A stretch of 64,000 nucleotides of DNA from Escherichia coli (GCF_003334255.1 NZ_QOWU01000002.1); one strand, 5' to 3'; shown: positions 1 to 17,993, counted from the first letter of the stretch. Numbers and translations are program-made. Notes: generated by a model from the sequence alone, not told the origin.

Positions 1-449
1 GGTGGGATTTTTTTGTTCAGCTTGATGTAGCCTTCGAACTGGCTGATTGCAGTACGCACCAGCACTTCCTGTTCCCGCTCATCAATGGTCGGCGACTCCA
101 GATACTCCGCCTTCGCAGAAAAGTGTTCGCCATTGTCAGAGAGCGCAGAAATACGCGCGCGCTGTAACCCCTCGACCAGCACTTTGACGGTGCCGTCAGG
201 CAGTTTCAGCATCTGCAATATAGAGGCCACGGTCCCGACGGTGAAAAGATCGTTTACACCCGGCTCATCCGTTGAAGCTTCTTTCTGCGCGACCAGCATA
301 ATTTTTTTATCATGGTCCATCGCCGCTTCCAGACAACGGATAGATTTTTCCCGCCCGACAAATAAGGGGATGACCATGTGCGGATAAACCACCACATCGC
401 GCAGCGGCAATACGGGGATTTCAATGCGTTCAGAACGCTCAGGATTCAT
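1..449 (-). CDS. lon: Lon protease, N-terminal ~149 codons only; gene continues beyond window start
   Basis: Reverse complement of 421-449 reads ATG AAT CCT GAG CGT TCT GAA CGC (MNPERSER), the Lon N-terminus; frame stays open to position 1; absent from ORF track because open-ended. Confidence 0.92.
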   Translation of the reverse strand, partial: MNPERSERIEIPVLPLRDVVVYPHMVIPLFVGREKSIRCLEAAMDHDKKIMLVAQKEASTDEPGVNDLFTVGTVASILQMLKLPDGTVKVLVEGLQRARISALSDNGEHFSAKAEYLESPTIDEREQEVLVRTAISQFEGYIKLNKKIP

Positions 450-532
450 AGAGCTCTCTCTTAGTTTAATTTCCGCCAGGTAATCAGATGACACGACTGT
501 GCTTCACGCCATCTATTAACATGTACGTCAGT

Positions 533-560
533 ATATGGGGATGTTTCCCCCACATTCAAC
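533..560 (-). promoter_or_regulatory. Candidate sigma-32 (heat-shock) promoter of lon
   Basis: On the lon sense strand GTTGAAT-13 nt-CCCCATAT, matching the sigma-32 consensus CTTGAAA / CCCCATnT, about 80 nt upstream of the lon ATG. Confidence 0.5.
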
Positions 561-574
561 GCCGAGAATAGAGG

Positions 575-608
575 AAAAATTAAAGGGGAGATAAAATCCC
601 CCCTTTTT
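575..608 (-). terminator. Intrinsic terminator downstream of clpX
   Basis: GC-rich hairpin (AAAGGGGGG...CTCCCCTTT on the sense strand) followed by a T-run, about 30 nt after the clpX stop. Confidence 0.6.
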
Positions 609-636
609 GGTTAACTAATTGTATGGGAATGGTTAA

Positions 637-1911
637 TTATTCACCAGATGCCTGTTGCGCTTCCGGCTTGCCATAAATCAGCAACGGTTTGCTTTGACCA
701 TCAATTACCGACTCGTCGATAACCACTTTTTCGACGTCTTCCATGGACGGCAGATCGTACATGGTATCGAGCAGTGCGGCTTCTACGATGGAACGCAGGC
801 CACGGGCACCGGTTTTACGCGCCATCGCTTTCTTAGCGATAGCATCCAGCGCCTCGTCACGGAATTCCAGATCCACGCCTTCCAGATTAAACAGCGCCTG
901 ATACTGCTTGGTCAGGGCGTTTTTCGGCTCTTTGAGGATCTGAATCAGAGCTTCTTCGCTCAGTTCATTCAACGTTGCGACAACCGGCAGACGACCAATA
1001 AACTCAGGGATAAGACCAAACTTGATCAGATCTTCCGGTTCAACCTGCGCCAGCAGCTCGCCTTCGCTTGCTTTGTCGGACTTCGCTTTTACCGTCGCGC
1101 CAAAACCAATGCCGGAGCCGGTTTCTACACGGTGGGAAATCACTTTATCCAGACCGGCAAACGCACCGCCACAAATAAACAGGATCTTAGAGGTATCAAC
1201 CTGCAAGAATTCCTGCTGCGGATGTTTACGCCCACCTTGCGGTGGAACAGCAGCTACCGTACCTTCGATCAGTTTCAACAGTGCCTGCTGTACGCCTTCA
1301 CCGGAAACGTCTCGGGTAATGGACGGGTTGTCTGACTTACGAGAAATCTTGTCGATTTCATCGATGTAGACAATACCACGCTGTGCTTTCTGGACATCGT
1401 AGTCGCATTTCTGCAACAGCTTCTGAATGATGTTTTCAACGTCTTCACCCACATAACCGGCTTCGGTCAGTGTAGTCGCGTCGGCCATGGTGAACGGAAC
1501 ATCCAGCAGGCGCGCCAGCGTTTCAGCCAGCAGCGTTTTACCGGAACCGGTCGGACCGATCAGCAGAATGTTACTTTTGCCCAACTCGACGCCATTGCTG
1601 GTATCGCCGTTGCGCAGACGTTTGTAATGGTTGTATACCGCGACCGCCAGCACTTTTTTCGCCTGTTCCTGGCCGATAACGTAATCGTCCAGGTGGTTGC
1701 GAATTTCATGCGGCGTCGGTAGCGCACTGCGTTCACGATGCGGTGCAACTTCTTTAATCTCTTCGCGAATGATGTCGTTACATAAATCAACACATTCGTC
1801 GCAGATATACACGGATGGACCGGCAATCAGCTTGCGCACTTCATGCTGGCTTTTGCCGCAAAAAGAGCAATACAGCAATTTGCCTGAGCCATCTTTGCGT
1901 TTATCTGTCAT
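637..1911 (-). CDS. clpX: ATP-dependent Clp protease ATP-binding subunit ClpX
   Basis: 424-aa track ORF; N-terminal zinc-binding CSFCGK...CDEC motif, Walker A GPTGSGKT; length equals E. coli ClpX. Confidence 0.97.
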
Positions 1912-2036
1912 GGGTCAAAACCTCTTCTTTGTTCTTTGTGCCGCACACGACGACGCAAATGCCATTCTCAGGCGCAAGCCGCTTACAGCGTTGTGCCGCC
2001 CTGGATAAGTATAGCGGCACAGTTGCGCCTCTGGCA

Positions 2037-2660
2037 TCAATTACGATGGGTCAGAATCGAATCGACCAGACCGTATTCCACCGCTTCAGGGGCGGAAAGG
2101 AAGCGATCGCGCTCGGTATCACGTTCAATCTGTTCTAATGATTGACCCGTATGAAGCGCCATAAGTTCATTCATGCGCCCTTTAACTTTCAGAATTTCAC
2201 GGGCATGAATTTCGATATCGGTCGCCTGGCCCTGGTAGCCGCCCAACGGTTGGTGAATCATCACGCGCGAATTCGGCAGGCAAAAACGTTTACCTTTTGC
2301 CCCTGCGGTCAGCAAGAAAGCGCCCATCGAGGCCGCCTGGCCCATACAGATGGTGCTGACATCAGGCTTGATAAACTGCATGGTGTCATAGATAGACATC
2401 CCGGCAGTGATCACCCCGCCTGGGGAGTTAATGTACAGATAGATATCTTTTTCTGGGTTTTCCGCTTCCAGGAACAGCATCTGCGCCACAATCAGGTTAG
2501 CCATGTGGTCTTCAACCTGGCCAGTCAGAAAAATGACGCGTTCCTTAAGTAGACGAGAATAGATATCAAAAGAGCGCTCACCGCGTGAGGTCTGTTCAAT
2601 GACCATCGGCACCAGCGCCATATGGGGTGCAAAGTTATCTCGTTCGCCGCTGTATGACAT
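2037..2660 (-). CDS. clpP: ATP-dependent Clp protease proteolytic subunit ClpP
   Basis: 207-aa track ORF beginning [23 protein letters not shown]; ClpP serine protease family; immediately upstream of clpX as in the clpPX operon. Confidence 0.97.
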   Translation of the reverse strand: MSYSGERDNFAPHMALVPMVIEQTSRGERSFDIYSRLLKERVIFLTGQVEDHMANLIVAQMLFLEAENPEKDIYLYINSPGGVITAGMSIYDTMQFIKPDVSTICMGQAASMGAFLLTAGAKGKRFCLPNSRVMIHQPLGGYQGQATDIEIHAREILKVKGRMNELMALHTGQSLEQIERDTERDRFLSAPEAVEYGLVDSILTHRN

Positions 2661-2738
2661 TTCCGTCTCCTGGATAAAATTGAAAAAACCTGCTGTACCG
2701 ATTGTAACCTTATGGACGGATTATCAGCTAGTCCCTGT

Positions 2739-2768
2739 GTTATGGGTACGGCATCACCATATTTCAAG
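2739..2768 (-). promoter_or_regulatory. Candidate sigma-32 (heat-shock) promoter of clpP
   Basis: On the clpP sense strand CTTGAAA-15 nt-CCCATAAC, about 80 nt upstream of the clpP ATG. Confidence 0.45.
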
Positions 2769-2840
2769 CATAACAATCTTTTGTTGTTACGCTAACACCG
2801 AAAGAGGCTTTTCGCACGGTTCCATGCAAAATTCATGACA

Positions 2841-2873
2841 AAAAAAAGCCCACCACCTGGCGGTGACGGGCCT
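2841..2873 (-). terminator. Intrinsic terminator downstream of tig
   Basis: Imperfect GC-rich hairpin (GCCCGTCACC...GGTGGTGGGC on the sense strand) followed by a run of 7-8 T. Confidence 0.5.
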
Positions 2874-2905
2874 TTGTGCGAATTTAGCGCGTTATGCTGC
2901 GTAAA

Positions 2906-4213
<1,308 letters not shown>

Positions 4214-4461
4214 TCAAAAAATCACAGTGCTCGGTCAACTCTTACCCCGCAAGCACAGGTTGTTGGCTTCGCGGAACCGGGATGTTCTTATAATCAATCA
4301 CATTCCCTGTTACCAGAATCATCCCGAAAGCATTCAAATAGGACGCGGCATTATAGCGGCATCACTTTTATGAGTCGAGAACGGTTATTGCGCGCTGTCG
4401 CGTATTTTTTCACAATTCCCGGGCAATTTTCGTCTGAATGCTGGGCAAAAAGCGCAAAATC

Positions 4462-4492
4462 CAGACAAAACAAAACGGCCCGCAGGCCGTTT
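4462..4492 (-). terminator. Hairpin terminator downstream of bolA (A-run/T-run flanked, potentially bidirectional)
   Basis: ACGGCC-CGCA-GGCCGT perfect stem flanked by A-rich and T-rich tracts. Confidence 0.5.
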
Positions 4493-4547
4493 TTCATAAA
4501 AACTTTAGCAACATACTGGAAAAGCGCCGACAGTTGCAAATGCGTTT

Positions 4548-4865
4548 TTACGCGATGCTTCCTGCTCCACGACAGGGAGGAGAGGCAAAGACGGTGTCCT
4601 GCAACCCTTCCCACTCCTTAATAGTGTAAGTATGCAGAGCCAGCGCATGAACGGTAGTAGAGAGTTCCTCCGCTAAAGTACTGTAAATCATTCGATGACG
4701 ATTCAGAAAACGTTCACCCGTAAAACGATCGCTGACCAGCACAACTTTAAAATGGCTTTCAGAGCCGGCTGGGACATTGTGACGATAGCTTTCATCCACT
4801 ACTTCGAGGAATACGGGTTGGAACGCCGCCCTTAATTTTTCTTCTATCCGCTCACGTATCATCAT
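4548..4865 (-). CDS. bolA: Transcriptional regulator BolA
   Basis: Track ORF 4548-4898 trimmed by 11 codons to the ATG giving [15 protein letters not shown] (105 aa, BolA length). Confidence 0.9.
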
Positions 4866-5169
4866 GAAATATCTCCTCCGACAACGCTGAGATGTCATCC
4901 ATCCCTTTAAATACTAGCCGCTTTTACCGTTTCCATTGCAGCTTAACAACAAATATTTAGGTTTCGTCCTGGTTTTTCCGTCAAGCGTATGAAGTTTACT
5001 GATTTAAAGATTGAAACACAGGCCTCGCATCAGTGTTTCTTTTACCAGGGGCGATTATTTCGTCAACATGATGAATTTACATGCCTTACCCACTTCCCCT
5101 CGCCGTTGGCAATGTTATGATGGCGGGAATTTTTACCAAACACGCTTAAGAGTCTCTGAGAGCCCGAAC

Positions 5170-5748
5170 ATGTTCAAAAAAATCCTCTTCCCGTTAGTTG
5201 CTCTGTTTATGCTTGCAGGATGCGCAAAACCGCCAACAACTATTGAAGTTTCCCCGACGATTACACTGCCACAGCAGGATCCAAGCCTGATGGGCGTCAC
5301 CGTAAGCATTAATGGTGCCGATCAGCGTACCGATCAGGCGCTGGCAAAAGTCACCCGCGATAATCAAATCGTTACCCTGACCGCCTCCCGCGATCTGCGT
5401 TTCCTGCTGCAAGAAGTGCTGGAAAAACAGATGACCGCGCGTGGTTACATGGTTGGTCCGAATGGCCCGGTTAATCTGCAAATCATCGTTAGCCAACTGT
5501 ATGCTGACGTGTCCCAGGGCAACGTGCGCTACAACATCGCGACCAAAGCGGATATCGCCATCATCGCTACCGCGCAGAATGGCAACAAAATGACCAAAAA
5601 CTATCGTGCCAGCTACAACGTTGAAGGTGCGTTCCAGGCCTCCAACAAAAATATCGCCGATGCGGTTAACAGTGTGCTGACCGATACCATCGCTGATATG
5701 TCTCAGGACACCAGCATCCACGAATTCATCAAGCAGAACGCGCGTTAA
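5170..5748 (+). CDS. yajG: Lipoprotein YajG
   Basis: Track ORF 5011-5748 trimmed to ATG giving MFKKILFPLVALFMLAGC (signal peptide plus lipobox LAGC); 192 aa. Confidence 0.9.
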   Translation: MFKKILFPLVALFMLAGCAKPPTTIEVSPTITLPQQDPSLMGVTVSINGADQRTDQALAKVTRDNQIVTLTASRDLRFLLQEVLEKQMTARGYMVGPNGPVNLQIIVSQLYADVSQGNVRYNIATKADIAIIATAQNGNKMTKNYRASYNVEGAFQASNKNIADAVNSVLTDTIADMSQDTSIHEFIKQNAR

Positions 5749-5791
5749 TTTCTGCCCTCTGGCCCGGTGCAAGCCGGGCCTGTAGACGCCC

Positions 5792-7267
5792 ATGTCCAGT
5801 CAATATTTACGTATTTTTCAACAGCCGCGTTCAGCCATATTGCTGATCCTGGGTTTTGCTTCCGGGCTACCGCTCGCCCTGACATCCGGTACCTTACAGG
5901 CCTGGATGACGGTCGAGAATATTGATCTCAAAACCATTGGTTTCTTCTCTCTGGTAGGCCAGGCTTACGTTTTTAAATTCCTCTGGTCACCGCTGATGGA
6001 CCGCTACACGCCTCCATTTTTTGGGCGGCGACGCGGTTGGCTGCTCGCCACGCAAATCCTGTTATTAGTCGCCATTGCGGCGATGGGTTTTCTCGAACCA
6101 GGCACCCAACTCCGCTGGATGGCGGCGCTGGCGGTGGTGATCGCTTTTTGCTCTGCCTCCCAGGATATTGTCTTCGATGCGTGGAAAACCGATGTGCTCC
6201 CGGCAGAAGAACGTGGTGCGGGCGCGGCAATCAGCGTTCTGGGTTACCGTTTAGGGATGCTGGTTTCCGGCGGCCTAGCCCTGTGGCTGGCAGATAAATG
6301 GCTGGGCTGGCAGGGCATGTACTGGTTGATGGCGGCGCTGTTGATCCCCTGTATTATCGCGACGTTGCTTGCACCAGAACCGACCGACACCATTCCTGTG
6401 CCAAAAACGCTGGAACAAGCGGTTGTTGCACCTCTGCGAGATTTCTTTGGTCGCAATAATGCCTGGCTTATTTTGCTTCTTATCGTGCTGTATAAGCTGG
6501 GCGACGCATTCGCCATGAGCCTGACAACCACGTTTTTGATTCGCGGCGTCGGGTTTGATGCGGGTGAAGTAGGCGTGGTTAACAAAACGCTTGGCTTACT
6601 AGCGACCATTGTTGGCGCATTGTACGGTGGGATTTTGATGCAGCGCCTGTCACTGTTCCGGGCACTGCTGATTTTCGGCATTTTACAAGGTGCGTCTAAC
6701 GCCGGTTACTGGCTGCTGTCGATTACTGATAAGCATCTCTACAGCATGGGCGCAGCCGTCTTTTTCGAAAACCTCTGTGGCGGGATGGGCACATCAGCCT
6801 TTGTCGCGCTGTTAATGACGCTATGTAATAAGTCATTTTCCGCTACTCAATTTGCCCTGCTCTCAGCGCTTTCTGCTGTAGGGCGAGTTTATGTCGGCCC
6901 CGTGGCGGGTTGGTTTGTTGAAGCACACGGCTGGTCGACATTCTATCTATTCTCCGTCGCCGCTGCCGTACCAGGGCTTATTTTGCTGCTGGTTTGCCGC
7001 CAGACGCTTGAATATACACGAGTAAATGACAACTTTATCTCCCGTACCGCATATCCGGCAGGTTATGCCTTTGCCATGTGGACACTGGCGGCGGGCGTCA
7101 GCCTGTTGGCCGTGTGGTTACTGCTATTGACGATGGACGCGCTGGATTTGACGCACTTCTCTTTCCTGCCTGCTCTGCTGGAAGTCGGGGTTTTAGTCGC
7201 CCTTTCTGGCGTCGTGCTTGGTGGTTTGCTGGATTATCTGGCGCTACGAAAAACGCATCTGACGTAA
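5792..7267 (+). CDS. ampG: Anhydromuropeptide permease AmpG (MFS)
   Basis: 491-aa track ORF, multi-pass hydrophobic MFS-like protein beginning MSSQYLRIFQQPRSAILLILGFASGLPLAL. Confidence 0.95.
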   Translation: MSSQYLRIFQQPRSAILLILGFASGLPLALTSGTLQAWMTVENIDLKTIGFFSLVGQAYVFKFLWSPLMDRYTPPFFGRRRGWLLATQILLLVAIAAMGFLEPGTQLRWMAALAVVIAFCSASQDIVFDAWKTDVLPAEERGAGAAISVLGYRLGMLVSGGLALWLADKWLGWQGMYWLMAALLIPCIIATLLAPEPTDTIPVPKTLEQAVVAPLRDFFGRNNAWLILLLIVLYKLGDAFAMSLTTTFLIRGVGFDAGEVGVVNKTLGLLATIVGALYGGILMQRLSLFRALLIFGILQGASNAGYWLLSITDKHLYSMGAAVFFENLCGGMGTSAFVALLMTLCNKSFSATQFALLSALSAVGRVYVGPVAGWFVEAHGWSTFYLFSVAAAVPGLILLLVCRQTLEYTRVNDNFISRTAYPAGYAFAMWTLAAGVSLLAVWLLLLTMDALDLTHFSFLPALLEVGVLVALSGVVLGGLLDYLALRKTHLT

Positions 7268-7723
7268 TCTGTAAATATTATTTAGCTGTAGTAATCACTC
7301 GCCGTAATTATTACGGCTAAATAAACATCAGTATCGCTTATTAATATTTGTTCTTTTGTGCGGCTTAGCGTTTGGAAATTATTGGCGCCATTTATAAATT
7401 CTATTTTTCTTACACGATTCAGCTAATGAGTCTTTATTTTCTCATCACCCAGTTGTCACTCTAATGATAATTATTTGTTAAATAATTGTTTTATTTCACA
7501 TTGGTTATACCAATTGCCCGCCCAGACTCCTTCAGCACTCCCCTTTTGTTATAACGCCCTTTTGCAACAGCTTCTTAAAATCAACCTGATATGTTTTGCA
7601 ACATATGTGACCTGGCAGCCAAATCCAAGTAACAGGAATTTAATCATGTTTACAGTAATGTAACCTTCCCGTAAAATGCCCACACACTTTAAACGCCACC
7701 AGATCCCGTGGAATTGAGGTCGT

Positions 7724-8674
<951 letters not shown>

Positions 8675-8683
8675 AGGGGTTGA

Positions 8684-11620
<2,937 letters not shown>

Positions 11621-11631
11621 GAGCGGCGGTT

Positions 11632-12522
11632 ATGATGTTTAAGCAATACCTGCAAGTAACGAAACCAGGCATCATCTTTGGCAACCTGATCTCGGTGATT
11701 GGGGGATTCCTGCTGGCCTCAAAGGGCAGCATTGATTATCCCTTGTTTATCTACACGCTGGTTGGGGTGTCACTGGTTGTGGCGTCGGGTTGTGTGTTTA
11801 ACAACTACATCGACAGGGATATCGACAGAAAGATGGAAAGGACGAAGAATCGGGTGCTGGTTAAAGGCCTGATCTCTCCTGCTGTCTCGCTGGTGTACGC
11901 CACCTTGCTGGGTATTGCTGGCTTTATGCTGCTGTGGTTTGGCGCGAATCCGCTGGCCTGCTGGCTGGGGGTGATGGGCTTTGTGGTTTATGTCGGCGTC
12001 TATAGCCTGTACATGAAACGCCACTCAGTCTACGGCACATTGATTGGTTCGCTCTCCGGCGCTGCGCCGCCGGTGATTGGCTACTGTGCAGTAACCGGCG
12101 AGTTCGATAGCGGCGCAGCGATCCTGCTGGCTATCTTCAGCCTGTGGCAGATGCCTCACTCCTATGCCATCGCCATTTTCCGCTTTAAGGATTACCAGGC
12201 GGCAAACATTCCGGTATTGCCAGTGGTAAAAGGCATTTCGGTGGCGAAGAATCACATCACGCTGTATATCATCGCCTTTGCCGTTGCCACGCTGATGCTC
12301 TCTCTTGGCGGTTACGCTGGATATAAATATCTGGTGGTCGCCGCGGCGGTTAGCGTCTGGTGGTTAGGTATGGCTCTGCGCGGTTATAAAGTTGCTGATG
12401 ACAGAATCTGGGCGCGCAAGCTGTTCGGCTTCTCTATCATCGCCATCACTGCCCTCTCGGTGATGATGTCCGTTGATTTTATGGTACCGGACTCGCATAC
12501 GCTGCTGGCTGCTGTGTGGTAA
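11632..12522 (+). CDS. cyoE: Protohaem IX farnesyltransferase (haem O synthase)
   Basis: Track ORF 11587-12522 trimmed to ATG giving [19 protein letters not shown] (296 aa); UbiA-family prenyltransferase. Confidence 0.93.
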
Positions 12523-12537
12523 CAAAACCTCTCAGTT

Positions 12538-12563
12538 AAAAAGGTGCTACGGCACCTTTTTTC
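12538..12563 (+). terminator. Intrinsic terminator downstream of cyoE (end of cyoABCDE operon)
   Basis: AAGGTGC-TACG-GCACCTT hairpin followed by TTTTTT, 16 nt after the cyoE stop. Confidence 0.7.
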
Positions 12564-12670
12564 TTAGCATTAGAAACATATCCCTCTCGAAATATTTACT
12601 AAAAAATCCGCATGTTTACCCCATTCGTTTGCCGCTTTACACTAGTCGCGAATTTAAAACAGAGGTGGTA

Positions 12671-14035
12671 ATGAACGATTATAAAATGACGCCAGGTGAG
12701 CGGCGCGCGACCTGGGGTTTAGGAACCGTTTTCTCGTTGCGCATGCTGGGCATGTTTATGGTTCTGCCGGTTCTGACCACGTATGGCATGGCTCTGCAAG
12801 GTGCCAGCGAAGCATTAATCGGTATTGCCATTGGTATTTATGGTCTGACTCAGGCCGTTTTTCAGATTCCGTTTGGCCTGCTTTCCGACCGCATTGGTCG
12901 CAAACCATTAATTGTCGGTGGGCTGGCGGTGTTTGCCGCCGGTAGCGTTATCGCTGCGCTTTCTGACTCCATCTGGGGAATTATTCTGGGCCGGGCGCTA
13001 CAAGGCTCCGGTGCGATTGCCGCTGCCGTTATGGCGCTGCTTTCCGATCTCACGCGCGAACAAAACCGCACCAAAGCAATGGCGTTTATCGGCGTGAGCT
13101 TTGGCATTACCTTTGCCATTGCGATGGTGCTTGGCCCGATCATCACTCACAAACTTGGGCTGCACGCGCTGTTCTGGATGATCGCTATTCTGGCAACGAC
13201 CGGCATTGCGTTGACCATTTGGGTTGTGCCCAACAGTAGCACTCACGTACTTAATCGTGAGTCCGGAATGGTGAAAGGCAGTTTCAGTAAAGTGCTGGCG
13301 GAACCGCGGCTGCTGAAACTCAACTTTGGCATTATGTGTCTGCATATTTTGCTGATGTCGACGTTTGTTGCCCTGCCCGGACAACTGGCTGATGCAGGGT
13401 TCCCGGCGGCTGAACACTGGAAGGTCTATCTGGCGACAATGCTAATCGCCTTTGGCTCGGTCGTGCCTTTCATTATCTACGCTGAAGTTAAGCGCAAAAT
13501 GAAGCAAGTCTTTGTCTTCTGCGTCGGGTTGATCGTGGTTGCGGAAATTGTGTTGTGGAACGCGCAAACGCAGTTCTGGCAACTGGTGGTCGGCGTGCAG
13601 CTTTTCTTTGTGGCGTTTAATTTGATGGAAGCCCTCCTGCCCTCACTTATCAGTAAAGAGTCGCCAGCAGGTTACAAAGGTACGGCGATGGGTGTTTACT
13701 CCACCAGCCAGTTTCTTGGCGTGGCGATTGGCGGTTCGCTGGGCGGCTGGATTGACGGCATGTTTGACGGTCAGGGGGTATTTCTCGCTGGCGCAATGCT
13801 GGCCGCAGTGTGGCTGACAGTCGCCAGTACCATGAAAGAACCGCCGTATGTCAGCAGTTTGCGCATTGAAATCCCGGCGAACATTGCCGCAAACGAGGCG
13901 TTAAAAGTGCGTTTGCTAGAAACTGAAGGCATCAAAGAAGTGTTGATTGCAGAAGAAGAACATTCAGCTTATGTGAAAATCGACAGCAAAGTGACGAATC
14001 GCTTTGAGATAGAACAGGCAATTCGTCAGGCATAA
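12671..14035 (+). CDS. yajR: MFS transporter YajR
   Basis: Track ORF 12473-14035 trimmed to ATG giving MNDYKMTPGERRATWGLGTVFSL (454 aa); upstream part of the track ORF overlaps the cyoE terminator. Confidence 0.92.
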   Translation: MNDYKMTPGERRATWGLGTVFSLRMLGMFMVLPVLTTYGMALQGASEALIGIAIGIYGLTQAVFQIPFGLLSDRIGRKPLIVGGLAVFAAGSVIAALSDSIWGIILGRALQGSGAIAAAVMALLSDLTREQNRTKAMAFIGVSFGITFAIAMVLGPIITHKLGLHALFWMIAILATTGIALTIWVVPNSSTHVLNRESGMVKGSFSKVLAEPRLLKLNFGIMCLHILLMSTFVALPGQLADAGFPAAEHWKVYLATMLIAFGSVVPFIIYAEVKRKMKQVFVFCVGLIVVAEIVLWNAQTQFWQLVVGVQLFFVAFNLMEALLPSLISKESPAGYKGTAMGVYSTSQFLGVAIGGSLGGWIDGMFDGQGVFLAGAMLAAVWLTVASTMKEPPYVSSLRIEIPANIAANEALKVRLLETEGIKEVLIAEEEHSAYVKIDSKVTNRFEIEQAIRQA

Positions 14036-14040
14036 AAAAC

Positions 14041-14140
14041 GCGGCGAATTGCCTGCTGCGCTACGCTTATCAGGCCTACAAAGTTTCTGAATTACAAACC
14101 TTTGTAGGCCGAATCAGGCGTTCATGCCGCATCTGACATG
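14041..14140. repeat. REP/BIME palindromic units between convergent yajR and yajQ
   Basis: Two inverted REP-like units (GCCTGCTGCGCTACGCTTATCAGGCCTACA and TGTAGGCCGAATCAGGCGTTCATGCCGCATCTGACATG). Confidence 0.7.
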
Positions 14141-14162
14141 AACAAAACGCACATAGTCGCGA

Positions 14163-14654
14163 TTAATCGCGGAAGTTTTTGAACTGGAACGGCTGACCGA
14201 GATCGCCACCACGTACCATCGCCATGACAGCCTGCAAATCATCACGAGATTTGCCCGTTACGCGGATTTCATCGCCCTGAATTTGCGCCTGCACTTTCAG
14301 TTTGCTGTCTTTGATCATCTTGACGATTTTCTTCTGGGTCGCGCTCTCAATGCCCTGTTTCAGTTTCGCTTCCACAAACCAGGTTTTACCGCTATGAACG
14401 ATATTTTCCGGTACATCCAGTGAACTGCCTTCAATGCCGCGCTTCAGCAGCTTGGCACGCAAAATATCCAGCAACTGATTGACCTGGAAATCGGACTCGC
14501 TCAACACTTTGATGGTTTTGCTGGCGTCATTCAGCTCAAATGAGGCTTCAACGTTACGGAAGTCAAAACGGGACTCCACTTCGCGGCTCGCGTTATCGAC
14601 CGCGTTACGTGCTTCCTGAAGATCAACTTCAGAGACAATATCGAAAGATGGCAT
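14163..14654 (-). CDS. yajQ: Nucleotide-binding protein YajQ (UPF0234 family)
   Basis: Track ORF 14163-14822 trimmed by 56 codons to ATG giving [22 protein letters not shown] (163 aa). Confidence 0.92.
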
Positions 14655-14821
14655 CTTTTCCTCTCCCTTCATTTTTGATGCGAAGCATAATACCCGCAAA
14701 GTTAAATAACCAACAGTCCTGCACCAGGACGTATCCCTTAATTGTGCATAGTCGCAACAGCATGCACAATTAAGGGATAGCCTTATTGAACACCCGGAGT
14801 GGTTGCGGGTGAGGAGGAACA

Positions 14822-16286
<1,465 letters not shown>

Positions 16287-16288
16287 TG

Positions 16289-16328
16289 TCGGATGCGGTA
16301 AGCGTCGCATCTGACCAGATGCGACGTT
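16289..16328. repeat. REP-like palindrome / bidirectional hairpin between yajL and thiI
   Basis: GTCGGATGCGGTAAGCGTCGCATCTGACCAGATGCGACG with about 10-bp perfect inverted repeat. Confidence 0.5.
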
Positions 16329-16339
16329 ACAACCACAAA

Positions 16340-17788
16340 TTACGGGCGATATACCTTCACATTGTTAAAGCCCTGCTCGCGCAGATAGAGCGCCTGCAGA
16401 CGGCTCATCACCCCGCGCTCACACCACAGTAGCCAGGTTCTGTTCTGGTCGAGATCGCCAAATTTGGTGCTCAGTTTATAGAACGGCAGAGAAACCACAT
16501 CAATCCCTTCAACTTTCAGTGGATTATCTTCTTGTTCATCGATAGAACGGATATCGAGGATGACGTCATTCGGGCCGAAGCCATTGACAGTTTCCACTTC
16601 CACCACTTCCTGCTCGGTCTGCTGGGCGATTTCGCGGATATCAACGTTATTCGCTTCCTCAACCACTTTATCGAGAATGCTGAAGTCGAACTTCTCTTCT
16701 TCCGCTTCAATCTTCGATTTAACTGCTTTCACCGTCGGGCTTTTGGAGATCACACCACAATATTCCGGCATCGTGCGAGCAAAGTCTTCGGTGCCAATCT
16801 GGCGGGCCAGGTTGATGATGTGCTCTTTGTCGTAAGAGATCAGCGGACGCAGGATCAGCGTGTCGGAGACGTTATCAATCAGGCGCAGGTTGGTCAGCGT
16901 CTGGCTGGACACCTGGCCGAGCGCTTCGCCGGTGACCAGCGCCTGTACGCCGTAACGTTCAGCCACTTTAGATGCGGCACGCACCATCATACGTTTGAGG
17001 ATAACGCCCATCTGACCGTCGTCGATTTTCTCGAGAATTTCCCCGACGACCGGTTCGAAATTAATAGCGACAAAACGCACGCGGTGGGAGCTGCCAAAGC
17101 GGTTCCACAGATAATGCGCCACCTGACGCACGCCAATTTCATGCGCCGCGCCGCCGAGGTTAAAGAAGCAGTAATGCACGCGGCAGCCGCGACGCATCAA
17201 CATATAACTGGAAACACCGGAGTCGAAACCACCGGAAATGAGCGACAGCACATCTTCCTGGGTGCCGATCGGGAAACCGCCAATACCTTCGTAGCGGCCT
17301 TTAATCAGCAGGAGACGATCGTCTTCCACTTCCAGATGGACAGTCACATCCGGATTGGTCAGCTTCACGCGCGCGGATTCAATATGCTGATTTAAACCGC
17401 CGCCGACGTAACGTTCCACATCAATCGAGCTAAAATCATGTTTGCCACGGCGCTTCACGCGTACGCAGAAGGTTTTGCCTTCCAGCTGATCGCGATACTG
17501 AACCAACGCTTTCTCGAAAATATCGTGCATGTCGGTAAACGGCACGTCTTCGACTTCGAGAATATGGTGGATACCCGGAATACGGGTCAGAGCGTCGCGA
17601 ATAGCCAGACGCTGGTTTTCATCTTTTGCGCGAACTTCGATGTTATCCCAGTGGCGGACGACAGCGAGCGTCTCATCATAGTGCTTTAAAACGTTACGAA
17701 TGTTCCCGGTAAGGATTTTTATAAAGCGCAAGCGCACAGATTGGCTTTTGATGGTGATTTCCGGGAACAATTTAATGATAAACTTCAT
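16340..17788 (-). CDS. thiI: tRNA 4-thiouridine synthase / thiamine biosynthesis protein ThiI
   Basis: 482-aa track ORF beginning [19 protein letters not shown]; C-terminal rhodanese-like domain. Confidence 0.97.
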   Translation of the reverse strand: MKFIIKLFPEITIKSQSVRLRFIKILTGNIRNVLKHYDETLAVVRHWDNIEVRAKDENQRLAIRDALTRIPGIHHILEVEDVPFTDMHDIFEKALVQYRDQLEGKTFCVRVKRRGKHDFSSIDVERYVGGGLNQHIESARVKLTNPDVTVHLEVEDDRLLLIKGRYEGIGGFPIGTQEDVLSLISGGFDSGVSSYMLMRRGCRVHYCFFNLGGAAHEIGVRQVAHYLWNRFGSSHRVRFVAINFEPVVGEILEKIDDGQMGVILKRMMVRAASKVAERYGVQALVTGEALGQVSSQTLTNLRLIDNVSDTLILRPLISYDKEHIINLARQIGTEDFARTMPEYCGVISKSPTVKAVKSKIEAEEEKFDFSILDKVVEEANNVDIREIAQQTEQEVVEVETVNGFGPNDVILDIRSIDEQEDNPLKVEGIDVVSLPFYKLSTKFGDLDQNRTWLLWCERGVMSRLQALYLREQGFNNVKVYRP

Positions 17789-17993
17789 GGCGGCAATGGT
17801 TCGTTGGCAAGCCTTAAGCGACTTGTATAGGGAAAAATACAGCAGCCCACACCTGCGGCTGCATCCAGGCGCGGAAGTATACCACTAACATCGCTTTGCT
17901 GTGCACATCACCTTACCATTGCGCGTTATTTGCTATTTGCCCTGAGTCCGTTACCATGACGGGGCGAAAAATATTGAGAGTCAGACATTCATT

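Noticed and set aside
655-1335. 226-codon plus-strand ORF antisense to clpX
   Set aside because: Shadow ORF opposite clpX; no support for coding.
7475-7663. 62-codon ORF in the ampG-cyoA intergenic region
   Set aside because: Lies in the AT-rich cyo promoter/regulatory spacer; no RBS context or recognisable motifs. More likely regulatory DNA than a gene.
12473-12670. N-terminal extension of yajR in the ORF track
   Set aside because: The extension runs through the cyoE stop and the cyoE intrinsic terminator hairpin; the ATG at 12671 gives the expected 454-aa MFS transporter.
16532-17395. 287-codon plus-strand ORF antisense to thiI
   Set aside because: Shadow ORF inside thiI with no motifs and low-complexity composition.
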